NCBI GenBank assembly: GCA_026770705.1 | Contig: JANJGN010000301.1 | Span: forward strand, 186,001-250,000 | DNA length: 64,000 nt | Source of the DNA: Isurus oxyrinchus | Lineage: Eukaryota | Reading direction: 5' to 3' | Shown: piece after piece, positions 1 to 11,446 of the stretch | Position numbering within the stretch: position 1 is the stretch's first letter | Layout: every line of letters starts with the position of its first letter | Position numbers and translations under genes: made by a program | The notes under the pieces: generated by a model | What the model was told of the DNA's origin: nothing | Database searches by the model: none | The model's input: only the letters and a program-made list of their open reading frames with translations

Positions 1-359
1 TCACTTATGATATTCTTGGTGGTGTTATGACTGTAACTACTAATGGTGTTCATAGACGGAGAAATTTCTTTCATATCAGATGAGAGACTAAGTGGAATCT
101 CTTCAATTTTCAGGTTTATCATGGGTCGATCAATCTGTTCATCAATGGAGAAACTGAGTTTGACATGAAGACAAGCATAACAAAAAAAAAAGGAGGCAGG
201 GTGATATAGAACAAGCGAGCGGGACAGGGGCAGAGGGGGAAAACAGTGCAGGAAAGAGTTCGCAGGGCAACGCAAGTAATTTCTGTGCCAGTTCCTACAC
301 TATCACTGCTTCAAAACCCTGGCACTACCTTCCTAAAAGCACTGTGGGTGTACGCACAC

Positions 360-475
360 TACATGGACGGCAGCGGTTCAAGAAAGCAGCTCCCAACAAC
401 CTTCTCAAGGGCAATTATGGATAGGCAATAAATGCTGGCCCAGCCAGCAAAGCTCAAATCCCATGAATTAAGTAA
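360..475 (+). mobile_element. 3' end of a shark LINE/SINE family
   Basis: gcagctc..accttctcaagggcaatta.ggat.ggcaataaatgctggcccagccagc tail; a similar copy is at ~2250-2360. Confidence 0.65.
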
Positions 476-651
476 AAAGTAACATGATTTGTGTTCATCT
501 GAAGTTAGACTCAGGAAAAAGCCAATCATGTCCATGGAAAACGCCTCCCTACCTCTCATGAAGCGAAGCCTGCCTCGGAGCCGTGTTTACTTGCAGGGTC
601 AGCATGTTGAAATCCTTCTCTTATTCTGTTTGGAAGTTTAAAGCCGTCATC

Positions 652-1082
652 ATGTTGTTCCCTTTGTTTAATTCTGATAATAATGACCGCACCTATATTG
701 AAATAAACAGTTTGTGCTAGATGCATTACATTTACTCCTGGACATTTCTCCCCTCCTGTTTTCTTGTTACAGGGACGAATGGAAAAGATTCGGTTTCCCA
801 AGGTCACCCTGAGTTACCGGTGCAGCAAGGACAGACACACGATCACAGTAAACTGCAATTTTTCGACACGCGCGGTGTCTCCACTCTCTTCTGGTACATC
901 CTGCATCCCGGAGTAGCTCCGAAATATTTACTGAAGAGGTATAGCTCGGAATCCGGAGGTCGGTCTCCCGATTTCTCAGATAGGCTTACTGCTGACTTGA
1001 ACCAAGAGGAGAAAACGGTGCCTTTAAAACTCGCTGCGGCTTGGCTTTGTGACTCTGCCGCCGATCACTGGGCGCTGGGCCC
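652..1082 (+). pseudogene. TCR alpha/delta-type V pseudogene: degenerate leader ~652-701, V exon 773-1082
   Basis: Acceptor ttgttacag, then GTNGKDSVSQ...LFWYILHPGVAPKYLLKR...DRLTADL...DSA. First Cys (TITVNCNFS) is out of frame through compensating frameshifts; YYC reads DHW. Leader is frameshifted and lacks a GT donor. Confidence 0.9.
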
Positions 1083-1121
1083 CACACTGGTCCGCAAGCA
1101 CAGACAGCCCGTGCAAAAAAC
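1083..1121 (+). other. 23-bp-spacer RSS
   Basis: CACACTG + 23 nt + GCAAAAAAC directly after the V exon. Confidence 0.88.
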
Positions 1122-1461
1122 CAGCAACGGACTCTCACTTCCTCTTGCTGAATCTCATCTGTGATGTGTTCATAGAGCGGAAAACAACCAGAAGGATATG
1201 CAGGTGGTCGAACAAATGCACGGCGTGATATTTAAATAAATAGTCTCGGGAAAAAAATGGATTTTTTGCATCTCTTCATTTCATCCCTCCTTTCCCAAAA
1301 CTCTCCAAGCCGTGCTTGCAGAGCTCAGGCTCTGTGAGCTCCGTCTGTCCGCGAGAAATGCGCTGCGGCTCTCGGCTCAGGAACGTGTTTGGTTATTGTT
1401 CGTTTGGGAGCGGAATGATTCGTTCTGTGGACGCGCGAGCGCTATTGTAGTTACACGGAGC

Positions 1462-1478
1462 CGCCACCAGAGGGCAGG
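1462..1478 (+). promoter_or_regulatory. CTCF-like motif
   Basis: CGCCACCAGAGGGCAGG resembles the CTCF core CCACCAGRGGGCRS; about 340 bp downstream of the RSS. Confidence 0.55.
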
Positions 1479-2449
1479 CAGAGGCTTTATTCACTCGTTA
1501 TGAAGGTGTCAGCCGAGTTGTAGATTGACAAGATAATTTAGTGAATGTCCCATTTTAGTCCTGGAAGAATGGCAATAAATCAACAATTTCGAAACCAGAG
1601 GCATTCATTTGAAGCCGTGCTATATTTTACCATATCAAAGCACGACTAATGTCAATGCCTCGTCAATATTTAATAAGCCTCTCATCCAAGAATAGTTGAG
1701 GCCATCTGCTGAGCGCACCCTTTCATTCTTCTCAAGCCTTCCAGTCAGTTCCCATTGATTTCCTCCAAATGGAAGATTTCGACATGTTGACAGCAAACTG
1801 TGTTAAAGTCCACCAAGATCCGCTTCACCTACATAACCCTCTTTGATTTCGCCTGAGGCTCAGTCCCTTGTAACATCACTGATAGAAGAATTAGTTGAAT
1901 CATCAAAGGGGAGGGTGAATTTGTCAAATCACTGAGTACAGCCAATCCTAATTCTTTCCCGGAAAATTTTATCTGGGCCCCACTAAGCTAACGTCAAATG
2001 CGTCCTTTGTGATTACATTTCTGGTGGGGTGAGTTGGGGGAGGTGAGGTGGGGTGGGGATTGGGGAAGAAATCGTTTACAATGCATCTCGAAATACTGAC
2101 GTGGGGCCTCATCCTTAGAACAATTCTGTTGTTGCAGCGCACAATTCTGCCTGCTCCCTGATGATGTGGCACAGTCAAAACCGGACATAATATGGCTGTA
2201 GAATCACATCCCTTTCTATCTCTGTCACAGGTTTAGTGTTACAGCACAGGGACTTGCAGGACGGTCAAGAAGACAGCTCACCACCAGCTTCTCAGGGGTA
2301 ATTAGGGATGGACATAAAATGCTGACCGAGCCAGTGACGCCCACGTCCTACGAAAGACTAGTGAATTGAAAATATACCAGCCTGTTGCTGGTGACAGTTT
2401 GTGCCCGGGGAGAAGGTCTGCATTCTGACATTGTGACCCGCCGCCAGCG

Positions 2450-2889
2450 ATGAGTTTCGCTGTTTATTTCAGCCTGGCTTTGGCCCTATCTGTGCTGTGT
2501 AAGTTCATGTGGTATCCTAGTATGGATATCACTAATTGGTGCACCTAATGAGACGGCTATTTTCAATTGCCCAACTTATCTTGCAGCCCCCACGGCGTTG
2601 GCGCCGATTTTGTGCATCTAGACAATTCGATCAGAACGGTGTGGGAAGGAGAATCAGTGATGCTGAATTGCAGTTTTCCAACAATAGATACAACCCTTTA
2701 CCTTAAGTGGTACCGGCAGATTCCCGGGCATGCACCGGCGAACTTCTTGGATATTAGTCCATAAGGCACCGTCCCAGCCAACTTTGCCTGGAGTGTTTGC
2801 TATCAGGGCTGGGCAGAGAGCGCCGTTTGGCTGAGAATATCTTGGGCGGAGCTGCCAGATGGGGCTCTGTATCACTGTGCTCTGAGATA
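2450..2889 (+). pseudogene. TCR alpha/delta-type V pseudogene: leader 2450-2498, V exon 2587-2889
   Basis: Leader MSFAVYFSLALALSVL|gtaagt; V reads EGESVMLNCSF...LYLKWYRQIPGHAP, has a stop at 2762-2764, and ends WLRISWAELPDGALYHCALR. Leader and V are out of phase by 1 nt. Confidence 0.92.
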
Positions 2890-2928
2890 CACAACTGCAC
2901 AGCTGCGTGCCTGCCCCGTACAAAAACA
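2890..2928 (+). other. 23-bp-spacer RSS with degenerate heptamer
   Basis: CACAACT + 23 nt + ACAAAAACA. Confidence 0.85.
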
Positions 2929-3769
2929 GCAGCACAGTTACTCACTAAAGCAATGTGTGGCTGCTCCATCCGCCCTCTCGAAAGTTCGAATAGGGCGGCT
3001 ACCCATACAGAACAGCCCCACAGGGCATTTCCCATTGGTCCAGGGCAGAGACCCCAAATTTCAGACTTCTGTCTCTCAGATCAGTTAGAGAGCAATCTGT
3101 CTTTGAGGTCAATTAGCTTCTCTTTAAATCAATCGAGATTATTCACCTAATCGCTCCTTGTGAAATTGATTTGTAGATCACAAAAACTCTCTGGGTAGTT
3201 CAGTTTCTCATCAGTTCCCTTCTTTATATTTATCATTTTTACATCACTCAGAGGTGAAAAAAATCCTCTGAACGACTTGCATATGAAACAGGTTCAACAT
3301 TATTAAAGACCTCTACCTGGTTGTCCCTCAGCCCTCCCGGTGCTAGGGAGAAGACCCCCGGCTTGGACAACGATTTATCATTCCCATTAACAAAACAAAT
3401 TCCTGCCACTTTACTGGAACTAGCCCTGCTGATTTACCACTGATTCAGAGACAGCTCATGGCAAACAGAAAAGTATATCAATCTGAAGTGTAGACAGACG
3501 CACAGCAGGTGGAGAAGATTCTAATTATTACATTAATTTGATAAAATAATCCTCAATGTTCAAAAGACTTGGTCTCTGATATCAGGACACTGACCTTCCC
3601 TCAGATATCAGTGCACTAAAGTAACATGTGCATGGATTAGACGGCGCCGGGCTTTTACTTCCATCACAATAGGCTCTCTCTCTCTTTCTGTTATTGCTTA
3701 GTAGAGCATATTTATAGGTTTATATTCCGCTCTCCAAGCTGTACAATTTTGCAGTGAGGCAAAACCTGG

Positions 3770-4150
3770 ATATGGGCTTCGCTGGCTGGGCCAGCATTCA
3801 TTGCCCTTGAGATAGCGGTGGTGAGTTGCCTCCTTGAACCGGTGCACTCCATGTGGTGTAGTTACACCCACAGTGCTGTTCGGTTTTGTAGCGGTTTGAG
3901 ACAACTGAGGGGCTTGTTCAGCCACTTAGAGTCAACCGCATTGCTGTGGGTTTGGAATCACATGTAAAGGTCAGAAAGGACATTAGTGAACCAGGTGGGT
4001 TTTTACAAAAATCAACATCAGATTTCGAGATTTAAGATTTTTATTGAATTCAAATTCAAACTTCTGTGCCGTGTTTCAAACCCGGGCCACCTGATAATTA
4101 CCCTGGTCCCTGTGTTACATGCCTAGCGACAATGCCACTACACCATCGCC
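3770..4150 (-). mobile_element. Shark SINE
   Basis: Similar to copies at 10975-11340 (+) and 18610-18980 (-); shared gtgggt.tgga.tcacatgta and ggacattagtgaacc motifs. Confidence 0.6.
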
Positions 4151-4534
4151 ATCGTCTACCCTTTCAAAGGGACAAAAATGTATCAAGCTCTCTCCAGATC
4201 TGTGAAACTGATTTGCCCCTGATATAGCACGAGCTTATCACAGCAATTTCACGCCTAACCTGTCCACAATCCATCACCCATCAAGTAAAATCTTTCTGTT
4301 CCTCAGTCTCCCCTGACCCGGTGTGGCGGAGACCATGGGGAATTATATGTGTCCAAGCTCAGGGTAGAGGGAGGGACATGGCTTGACTTCTGCCACGTGA
4401 CAGTGTCCCGAATGGTTTCTTCCTGGGCAGGCATGAGGCGTCTGACGCTGAAATCGGAATGCATGGACTGCTGCCTGGGGAATCCCAGTTGCCTATAGAA
4501 TACAGACAAACACTGGTCTGTTACTATCATCAAA

Positions 4535-4670
4535 TAAAAGCAAAATACCGCGGCTGCTGCAAATCTGACACAAAACAGGAAATGCTGGAAAAACTCAGCA
4601 GATCTGGCAGCATCTGTGAGGAGAGAAACAGAGTTAACGTTGTGTGTCCATGTGATCCTTCTTCAGAAGG
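4535..4670. mobile_element. Short Penelope-terminus-like element
   Basis: aaaacaggaaatgctggaaaaactcagcagatctggcagcatctgt...gttaacgtt motif; the same motif flanks the GIY-YIG element at 49.6-50.9 kb. Confidence 0.65.
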
Positions 4671-4900
4671 GGTCTGCTACTCCTGCACAGGGACATTGAC
4701 CTGGTCATCCTATCATACAATTGCTTACAATCCCCCACTTTTTTTAGTTGATCCTTCCCTTTGTTTTTCTGTTTTCTCCCTATGTTTCTGAAACCTCTAT
4801 TAATTGCATATCTTGAGTAATCTTTGCAGTTTTCTTCCCCTTAAAAATAATATGGTACACTTTCCTGAGATAGAATACAACGAATATTCCCTAAACTGGT

Positions 4901-5004
4901 AAAGGCTCTGAAAAAGAGTCATATGGACTTGAAACGTTAATTCTGCCTTTCTCTCCACAAATGCTGTCAGACCTGCTGGATTTTTCCAGCACTTTTAGCT
5001 TTTG
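4901..5004. mobile_element. Short Penelope-terminus-like insertion with 14-bp target-site duplication
   Basis: Direct repeat TTCCCTAAACTGGT at 4887-4900 and 5005-5018. Confidence 0.75.
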
Positions 5005-5445
5005 TTCCCTAAACTGGTTCCTGGGATGAGGGTGTTGACTAGTGAGGACAAGTTGAGTAGGCGAGGCCTTTATTTCAGAGAGTCCAGAAGAATGAGGAGT
5101 GATCTCATTGAAACATAAAGCCCTTAAGGCGCATATCGGGACAATTGCAGGGAAAACGCTTCCCCTGGCTGCAGAATTTAGAACGCGTGCTCCCAGTCTC
5201 AGAATAACAGGTGGACAATGATGAGGGGGATTACTTCACTCAAATGGTTGCGAATGTTTGGAATCCTCCACTTCAGAGAGCTCTGCATACTCAGTCGTTA
5301 AGCACATTCAACACAGATGTCGATAGATGTTTGAGTACAAAGGAAATTAAGGAATATGAGGCGGGGGCATGGTGGTGGAGTTCCGGTTGACTTCTGGCAT
5401 CTGGGAACGGTCTAGAAGAGCGAAGTGGCCGGTTTCTGTTCCTAT
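5005..5445 (+). mobile_element. CR1-type LINE 3' fragment
   Basis: Degenerate RRMRGDLIETYK-like coding sequence and CR1-like 3' UTR. Confidence 0.75.
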
Positions 5446-5514
5446 AATTTATTAGATAACATACTGTCTACTATCCAGAAATGCAGAAAACTGCAGGATA
5501 CATCCAGTCCACAA

Positions 5515-6260
5515 ATAAAAACAGGAAAATTCGATCCAGTCAATTACTGCCTCACCAGTCTTCAAAATCATCAGGAAAATAATAGAAAGTGTCGTTGACA
5601 GTGCGACCATCCGGCACTCACTTTACAATAACCTGCTCATTAATGCTCTGTTTGGGATCTGTCAGCGCCACTTGTTTCCACATCTCACTAGCTTAGTCCA
5701 CACAAAGACAAAAGAGCTCATCTCCAGAGGTGAGGTGAGAGCGACTTTTCTTGACATTATAGTAAAATTTTATTTTGGCATCATAGAGCAAACTGGAAAT
5801 CGGTGGGAAGCGTGGAGAAAACCCTTCACTGGTTCAAGTCATACTCGACTCAGAGGAAGATAGTTGTGATTGTTGGTGATAAATCATGTCAGTCCCGGGA
5901 CTTGAGTGCAGGATTTCCTCAAAGTGGCGCCCGAGGCCCAAATACATTCCATTCCTCCAGTCATGACCTTCCCTCCTTCATGGGGTTCGAAATGGGGTTG
6001 GCCGCTGTTGATTCCACAATGTTCTAAAATTTTCGAGATTTCTCAGAAACTGAAGCAGTCAGTTCGGTATGCAGCAAGACCTGGGAAACATTGGTTGGTA
6101 TGTGGCAAATACCATTCGCGTCACCAAAGTGTCAGGCAATCATCATTCCGGAGAAGAGAGATTCTAAAAGTCTACCATTCCGGGACAACAGTCTTCTCAT
6201 CTCTGAATCCGCCACCATCGATCTCCTGGCGATTGCCTTTAACCAGAAACTTAACTGGAT
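5515..6260 (+). mobile_element. Non-LTR retrotransposon reverse-transcriptase fragment (CR1/L2 group)
   Basis: Degenerate NYRPISL-, WF.SY- and G.PQG-like RT motifs with many frameshifts. Confidence 0.65.
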
Positions 6261-6443
6261 TCACCTTTAAAAGCACTGGATTTTGGGCCGGGTGGAATTG
6301 GAATATTACAGGAAAATCGCTTTAGTCTGGAATAATTCTGATATGCAATCGATTATATTATTTCCTGCTTGGTATGAAGCAAGTGCCTCTTACATACTCA
6401 CCGAGGGAAGGGGAAAGCCAATGATGAGATTTTCGTCTCACTG

Positions 6444-6461
6444 GCACGCCCTCTGGTGGCC
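6444..6461 (-). promoter_or_regulatory. CTCF-like motif
   Basis: Reverse complement GGCCACCAGAGGGCGTGC. Confidence 0.6.
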
Positions 6462-6989
6462 CTGTTTCTTATTACTTGACACCAAACAATGGTGCTCTCT
6501 GAGAACAAGCAGAAAATGTTGACATGGCGAGTCAGGCCCTTGTCCTTGGACAATATTGAGCCTGGAGTCAAATTCACCTTAGATTGAGTGTAATAGAGAC
6601 GTTTGATGGGAACTGATTAGGTCAACGGTACAGACAATGGCCTTTCACCAGCACTGATTTGGTTCGAAACCCAATGGAGACACAAATTAGGGGCATATAT
6701 TTTCTGATGGGGAATGGGCACATCAGTTCTGCTGACTCTGGTATGTTCCTGTATTCAAATAGAAGCAACGAATCGAGGAAGCAGCATATGGCCTTGGGTG
6801 GGGAAGGTTTTACCTTTTACACTGTGATTTGGGGACTTGTTGTTGTAGCGGAGCCCAGCATACGTGTGTCATAGATTGCACTGGCTACAAAGGTATATCA
6901 TGAACGGTCACCTAATCCAGTTTAATCTCCCGGCAATGAAATGCAATGGAAATATTTTCAATGCAACACAAACCACCGACGCACCAAAA

Positions 6990-7380
6990 GGGTTAACACT
7001 TGTTTTTAAAGGAAGTCATGCTCATGGCAGGACTTGAGTACAAAGTCAATGCTGCAAATCCAGTGTATTACTGAGAGATTGCTTCACTATCTGAGATGCC
7101 ATCTTTCAGGCGAAGCTTCAAACTGAAGTCCAAGCTGCCATTTCTGGTGGATGTAATTGAACTCCTGGCAGCATTTTGAAGAAGGGAAATTATCCCCAAT
7201 CTCCTGGACAATGTGTATTCCTCACTCAACACCATAATTAGAAATTAGTTGGTCATTATCACATTACTGCTGGTGGAATCTTGCTGTGCGCATTCTGGCT
7301 ACAAAGTTTCTTATACGGCAACAGCAACTACAGTTCAAAACTGCTTCAGTCGCTGTTAAGCACTTTGAGAGATCCATTGC
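6990..7380 (+). mobile_element. Shark SINE
   Basis: ctggtcattatcacatt.ctg..tgtggga.cttgctgtg motif shared with 35980-36320 and ~62510-62680. Confidence 0.6.
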
Positions 7381-7384
7381 TCAC

Positions 7385-7860
7385 GAAACAGGGAGCGACA
7401 TAGGGGAAATGACTGATGGAGAGATGGAGACAGCAACACAAAAAGAGATACTGGGAGAAACACTGAGGGAGAGGCAGAAAGGGAAACAGAGATAAAGGGA
7501 GGAAATGAAGGAGAGAAATTGAGAAAAACAGAGAGAACAACAAGTATAGAGGGACATGCAGGAGAGTAAAGGGGCGGAAGTACAGGGAGATAGGCCGAGG
7601 CAGAGACAGAGAAAGAACAAAAGAGAAATGAAGGAAGATTGAAAATGTGGGAGAGACAACGAGTTAAAAAGAGGGAGAGATATTGAGAGAAACGACAGAG
7701 CAAGGAGGGAACTAGACGAAGATACAAGAAGGAAGGAACACATAGAATCTGATAAATGTAAAGAAACGAATGAAGAGTCAGCGGGAGAAACAGAGGAAGA
7801 GACAATGTGGAAGACAGTGATTAAAATGAAAGCATGAATACCAGGAAAGAGAATTAAATC
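7385..7860. repeat. GA-rich low-complexity tract
   Basis: Purine-rich gaga/gaaa runs; these explain the spurious Leu/Ser/Phe-rich minus-strand ORFs. Confidence 0.8.
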
Positions 7861-8059
7861 AGTAACATAGGGAGTTAAAACAGCACGTCATCTGGCAAGA
7901 GTTTCCCTTGAAATATATTGCAAGTTGATACAGATTCAATCCAGTAAAATATAAGTTTAGATCTAAGATCAAGAGATGAATCATCACTCAAACAGTTGCC
8001 AGAGATTCACTTGTAATGGCTTTTTCTCTGCCTCTCTGCTTGGTGCCCTTCTATTTCGA

Positions 8060-8820
8060 ATCTACATGCTGCCCCTTGGCGGTGTCATCTGAAAATACAA
8101 CCTCAGTTTTTACATGTATGCTGACAACACGAAACTCTTCCTCACCACCACCACCACTGTCGACCTCTTCCCTGCTGCTAAATTATCACAATGCTTATCC
8201 AACTTCCAGTCCCGACGAGCAGAAATTTCTCCAAACAAATGTTGGGAAGACTGAAGCCACTGTTTTCAGTCCCCGATTCAATCTCCATTTCCTAGTTAAA
8301 GACGCCATCCTTCTCCATGGCAACGTTCTGATATTAAGCCAGTTTATTTGCAACATTGCTGTCACATTTAATCCTGAGCTGAGTTTCCAACTTCATCTTT
8401 GCGCCATTTCTGAGACCGCCTTTTTCCACCTCCATATAGGCGCCGCACTTTGCCCCGTCTCAGCTCATCTGCTGGTGAAACCCCCAACTATAACTTGGTT
8501 ACCTCTAGACTCAGCAACTGCAAGATGTTCCTGCCTGGTCTCCAACATTCCATTCTCGGTAAACTTGGTTTCATTAAAACATCGGCTGTCAGTGACTTGA
8601 CTATCAACAAGTCCTATTTCGTCAATAGAGCCTATGCTCCCTAACGTACATTAGTTCCTACCCGAGCAACATACTGATTTTAAAATTCTCATCCTTGATT
8701 TCAAATCTCTCTCCCCATGGCCGCGCCCCGCCCGATCTCTATCATCTCCTTGAGCTCCACAATCCTCCAAGATCTCTGTGCTATTCCAATTCTGCCCTCT
8801 TGAGCATTCCCGAGTAACAG
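8060..8820 (+). mobile_element. L2-like LINE reverse-transcriptase fragment
   Basis: acatgtatgctgacaacacg = HMYAD(N)T, related to the YADD motif; also FLQTNVGKTEA and AFFHL. Confidence 0.75.
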
Positions 8821-8984
8821 AATTCAAAACCGAGGAATTAGTTTTGTATTTACCAGAGGAAACTATCGGGGTGCGGGGCATTTCTAGACGGACGAAATAA
8901 GATGGGACGAAAGGCCTTCCTCATTCCCCAGGCCCCTGTGGTCTTTTGACTGATCTGCTGCAGGCAACATCCAAAAACGATGAT

Positions 8985-9003
8985 GCAGCGCCCTCTCGTG
9001 TCG
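8985..9003 (-). promoter_or_regulatory. CTCF-like motif
   Basis: Reverse complement CGACACGAGAGGGCGCTGC. Confidence 0.5.
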
Positions 9004-9215
9004 CTGTGAGGTAAATGGCAACTGCCTGGAAATTCAATAATGGCTTAAATTACTGAAGGATTCGGTTGCATTATTCTGTCGCATTCTTCTTGTTCATATT
9101 ATTCTTATTATTTTTCGTGTTGCTCAGAGAGTCTATGTTCAAATGATCAATGCATGTATGTGCTTCAAGGGTTATATTTATACCCAGACGATTCACTCAT
9201 TCTGAAGATAAACAG

Positions 9216-9380
9216 GGCTGAATAGGTGCCCCAGAATCCGTCTTTAGTAATGCTTCAGGAAAGGCAGATCTTTACTTTGAGCTGCACAGTTAATTGAAAA
9301 CTGATTCAACATTGTTCTGGTACATCCAGTATCCGGGGAAGCCCCGAGACATTTACTTTCAAGCGACTGGCAAAAAAGGC
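9216..9380 (+). pseudogene. Truncated TCR V pseudogene (FR1-FR2 only)
   Basis: VPQNPSLVMLQERQIFTLSCTVN*, then a frameshift to TDSTLFWYIQYPGKP; no 3' end or RSS found. Confidence 0.78.
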
Positions 9381-9689
9381 ACCTCTTATGTTTGTTCATA
9401 TGACCGTTTGTAACCTGTGCCAGTATCAGAGAGCTTTCTTACATATTATATTCCCCCTCGGCATCCCAATATGTGAAGCCTGCCCCTAGTTCATGTTTAT
9501 TCTTTAACATCAGAAGAAAACTATCAAAAAACCTTTAAAATTCAGTTATTTCTGTCAAAATCGAAACCTGATACACCCCACGTTCCTTTCTGGTGATGTT
9601 ATATGGCGAGTGTATGTTCAAATAGTCATTGCATATTTCATGTATTACACCCAGTCCCCGACTTTGTCAAATTCTGTATTTTGTTACAG

Positions 9690-9990
9690 GAACGAGTGGC
9701 GCAGAATCTCCCGGAGTTTGTCTGAGTTAGAGGTCTGGAAGAGAGGTTCGTAATGTTAGGCTTTAGTTGCTGTTCCTCCGAAAAGCTTTCTCTGCCTCTG
9801 TTCACATATCAATATTCCGGATGAACTTGGAGACCCTTACCGAGGAGAGAGAGCTGTGGACATAAACAAATGGCTCAAGATTTCCCAGACCGGTTCCCTT
9901 TGATGTGCACAAGGGCAACAATAACAATAAAACTGTTTGAAAAGCCAATCTGCTAATATTTGATCTCAGTTGGCTTGGGGTCAGGATTCC
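9690..9990 (+). pseudogene. Highly degenerate TCR V pseudogene
   Basis: Acceptor ttgttacag|gaacgagtggcgcagaatct parallels the V at 773; PDRF-like FR3 relic near 9885; several stops. Confidence 0.5.
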
Positions 9991-10041
9991 CACGCGTAAA
10001 AGAGCCAAAGAGCACTGAATAAAGCCTGGAACACTCACTCA

Positions 10042-10080
10042 GGTTTTTGTACGGGATCTTGGCTCTTATCTGACGCTATG
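10042..10080 (-). other. 23-bp-spacer RSS with mutated heptamer
   Basis: Minus strand: CATAGCG + 23 nt + ACAAAAACC (consensus nonamer). Confidence 0.75.
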
Positions 10081-10360
10081 CCTCACTGCATAGTAATTGA
10101 CCGGCCCGCCCACCACACTCAGGCAGTTAATATTGAGGTAACTGGACTGTTTAGACATGTCAGCAGCCACCAGATATTGTCCTGAGATTTCGAGTCACTT
10201 TAGTGTTGTTGCTTTGCTAATGATCCAGCTTGGAGGCTTTTTTTTGCCGATGCTATGGTGTATATCCATGGTTTTGTATTCGCAATATAACTTCACCAAT
10301 CCCCTTCTGACACGGTTATTGCCATTGGATATTGTGTTACTGGATCTGCACATTGTCCGT
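10081..10360 (-). pseudogene. Inverted TCR V pseudogene
   Basis: Acceptor ctatcacag|, then GQCADPVTQYPMAITVSEG, frameshift, VKLYCEYKT ... SSYLNINCL ... NYYAVR, then the RSS; degenerate leader at ~10455-10500. Confidence 0.8.
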
Positions 10361-10790
10361 CTGTGATAGAAAGAGGAACAAAAGAGCAGGAGATTAAACA
10401 GGATCGATCTAATTCTGTGTCTAGCTGTGTGAATTTGTATTAATTCCCACCTCTCAACTATCCATAATATCCATAATATAGGATCGCAAACAACATTAAA
10501 TTCCTGTACAAGCTGCAATTGCATCAATCTGCTAACGTGTCTTGATTACCAAAATCGAGTGTTTACTGTCCCAGAGAGCGGCTAGTATTATCAGAAATAT
10601 GTCTGATTGAAACTCGGTCAGTGAATGTGAATGGACGGAGTCAGAGGTTGAGAAGGAGTTCCCTCACCCGCAATCTATTCAGCTCATTGTTCCACACACA
10701 TACTGCAGGGGGCCAGGCCCATTGTGACCTCACTCTGGAAGCCGTCCCTATTGGCTTTACCGTTGGTGACACGTGAATTTGCGATGCCCT

Positions 10791-10808
10791 TGGCGCCCTC
10801 TGCTGATG
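10791..10808 (-). promoter_or_regulatory. CTCF-like motif
   Basis: Reverse complement CATCAGCAGAGGGCGCCA. Confidence 0.5.
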
Positions 10809-10974
10809 AATTCTGTTCAGTCCGGTTTAGAATGGGGTCATTGACTAGATTTCTTGATTTACATGTTAAAGCGCGAATGTCAGACAATATCTCTCAGAAG
10901 TCTAACTTGGACCTGATTAAACACTGTCAGTATTGTTTCTCATGCTAATGCCAGAAAGTGATGACAAATGTGGG

Positions 10975-11340
10975 GACATAGTGGAGTATTAATAATATCA
11001 CTGGTCTAACAATTCAGAGGCCCAGGAAAGTGTTCTGGGAGCATGGGTTCTAGTCCCACCATGGCAGCTGCAGGAATTTAAATTCAATTCATTAATCTGG
11101 AATATAAAAACAATCTCAGTAATAGTGACAATGAAACTATCATCCGTTGTTGTAAGGAATGTAGGGAAGGAAATTTGCGATCCTTATCTGATCTGGCCTA
11201 CATGTGACTCCAGACCCACAGCAATGTGGTTGACTCAGAAATATGCAGTTTTCGGACAGTTAGGCTTGGACAGCAAATGTTGGCTTTGCCAGGGGGCGCC
11301 CCATTACAGTGTCCAATCCTGGGCATCACGAATTAGAAAT
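10975..11340 (+). mobile_element. Shark SINE
   Basis: tRNA-like head (gtgg.gta....catgggttc.agtcccaccatggcag) and the family 3' tail. Confidence 0.7.
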
Positions 11341-11369
11341 GAATGTAAGGCCTTTGGAGGAAGTGTGAA

Positions 11370-11446
11370 AGTGATACATCAGCCGTGTATTACTGCTCCC
11401 ATAGACTCACGGTGATGAAAAACAGTCTCACCCCTGTACAAAAACT
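11370..11446 (+). pseudogene. Orphan TCR V 3' end with near-consensus 23-RSS
   Basis: DTSAVYYCSHR, then CACGGTG (11408-11414) + 23 nt + ACAAAAACT (11438-11446); a SINE lies where the upstream V should be. Confidence 0.88.

Noticed and set aside
4330-4410. YVSKLRVEGGTWLDFCHVT, resembling the end of a C1-set domain
   Set aside because: Too short, wrong W-to-C spacing and no first half of the domain
6659-6874. ORF containing ADSGMFLY, like a V FR3 end
   Set aside because: No Cys, no RSS and no other V motifs
7346-7805. Hydrophobic minus-strand ORFs
   Set aside because: Translation of a GA-rich low-complexity tract
11286-11300. CTCF-like GCCAGGGGGCGCC
   Set aside because: It falls in the mutated 3' tail of a SINE and lacks the 5' part of the core
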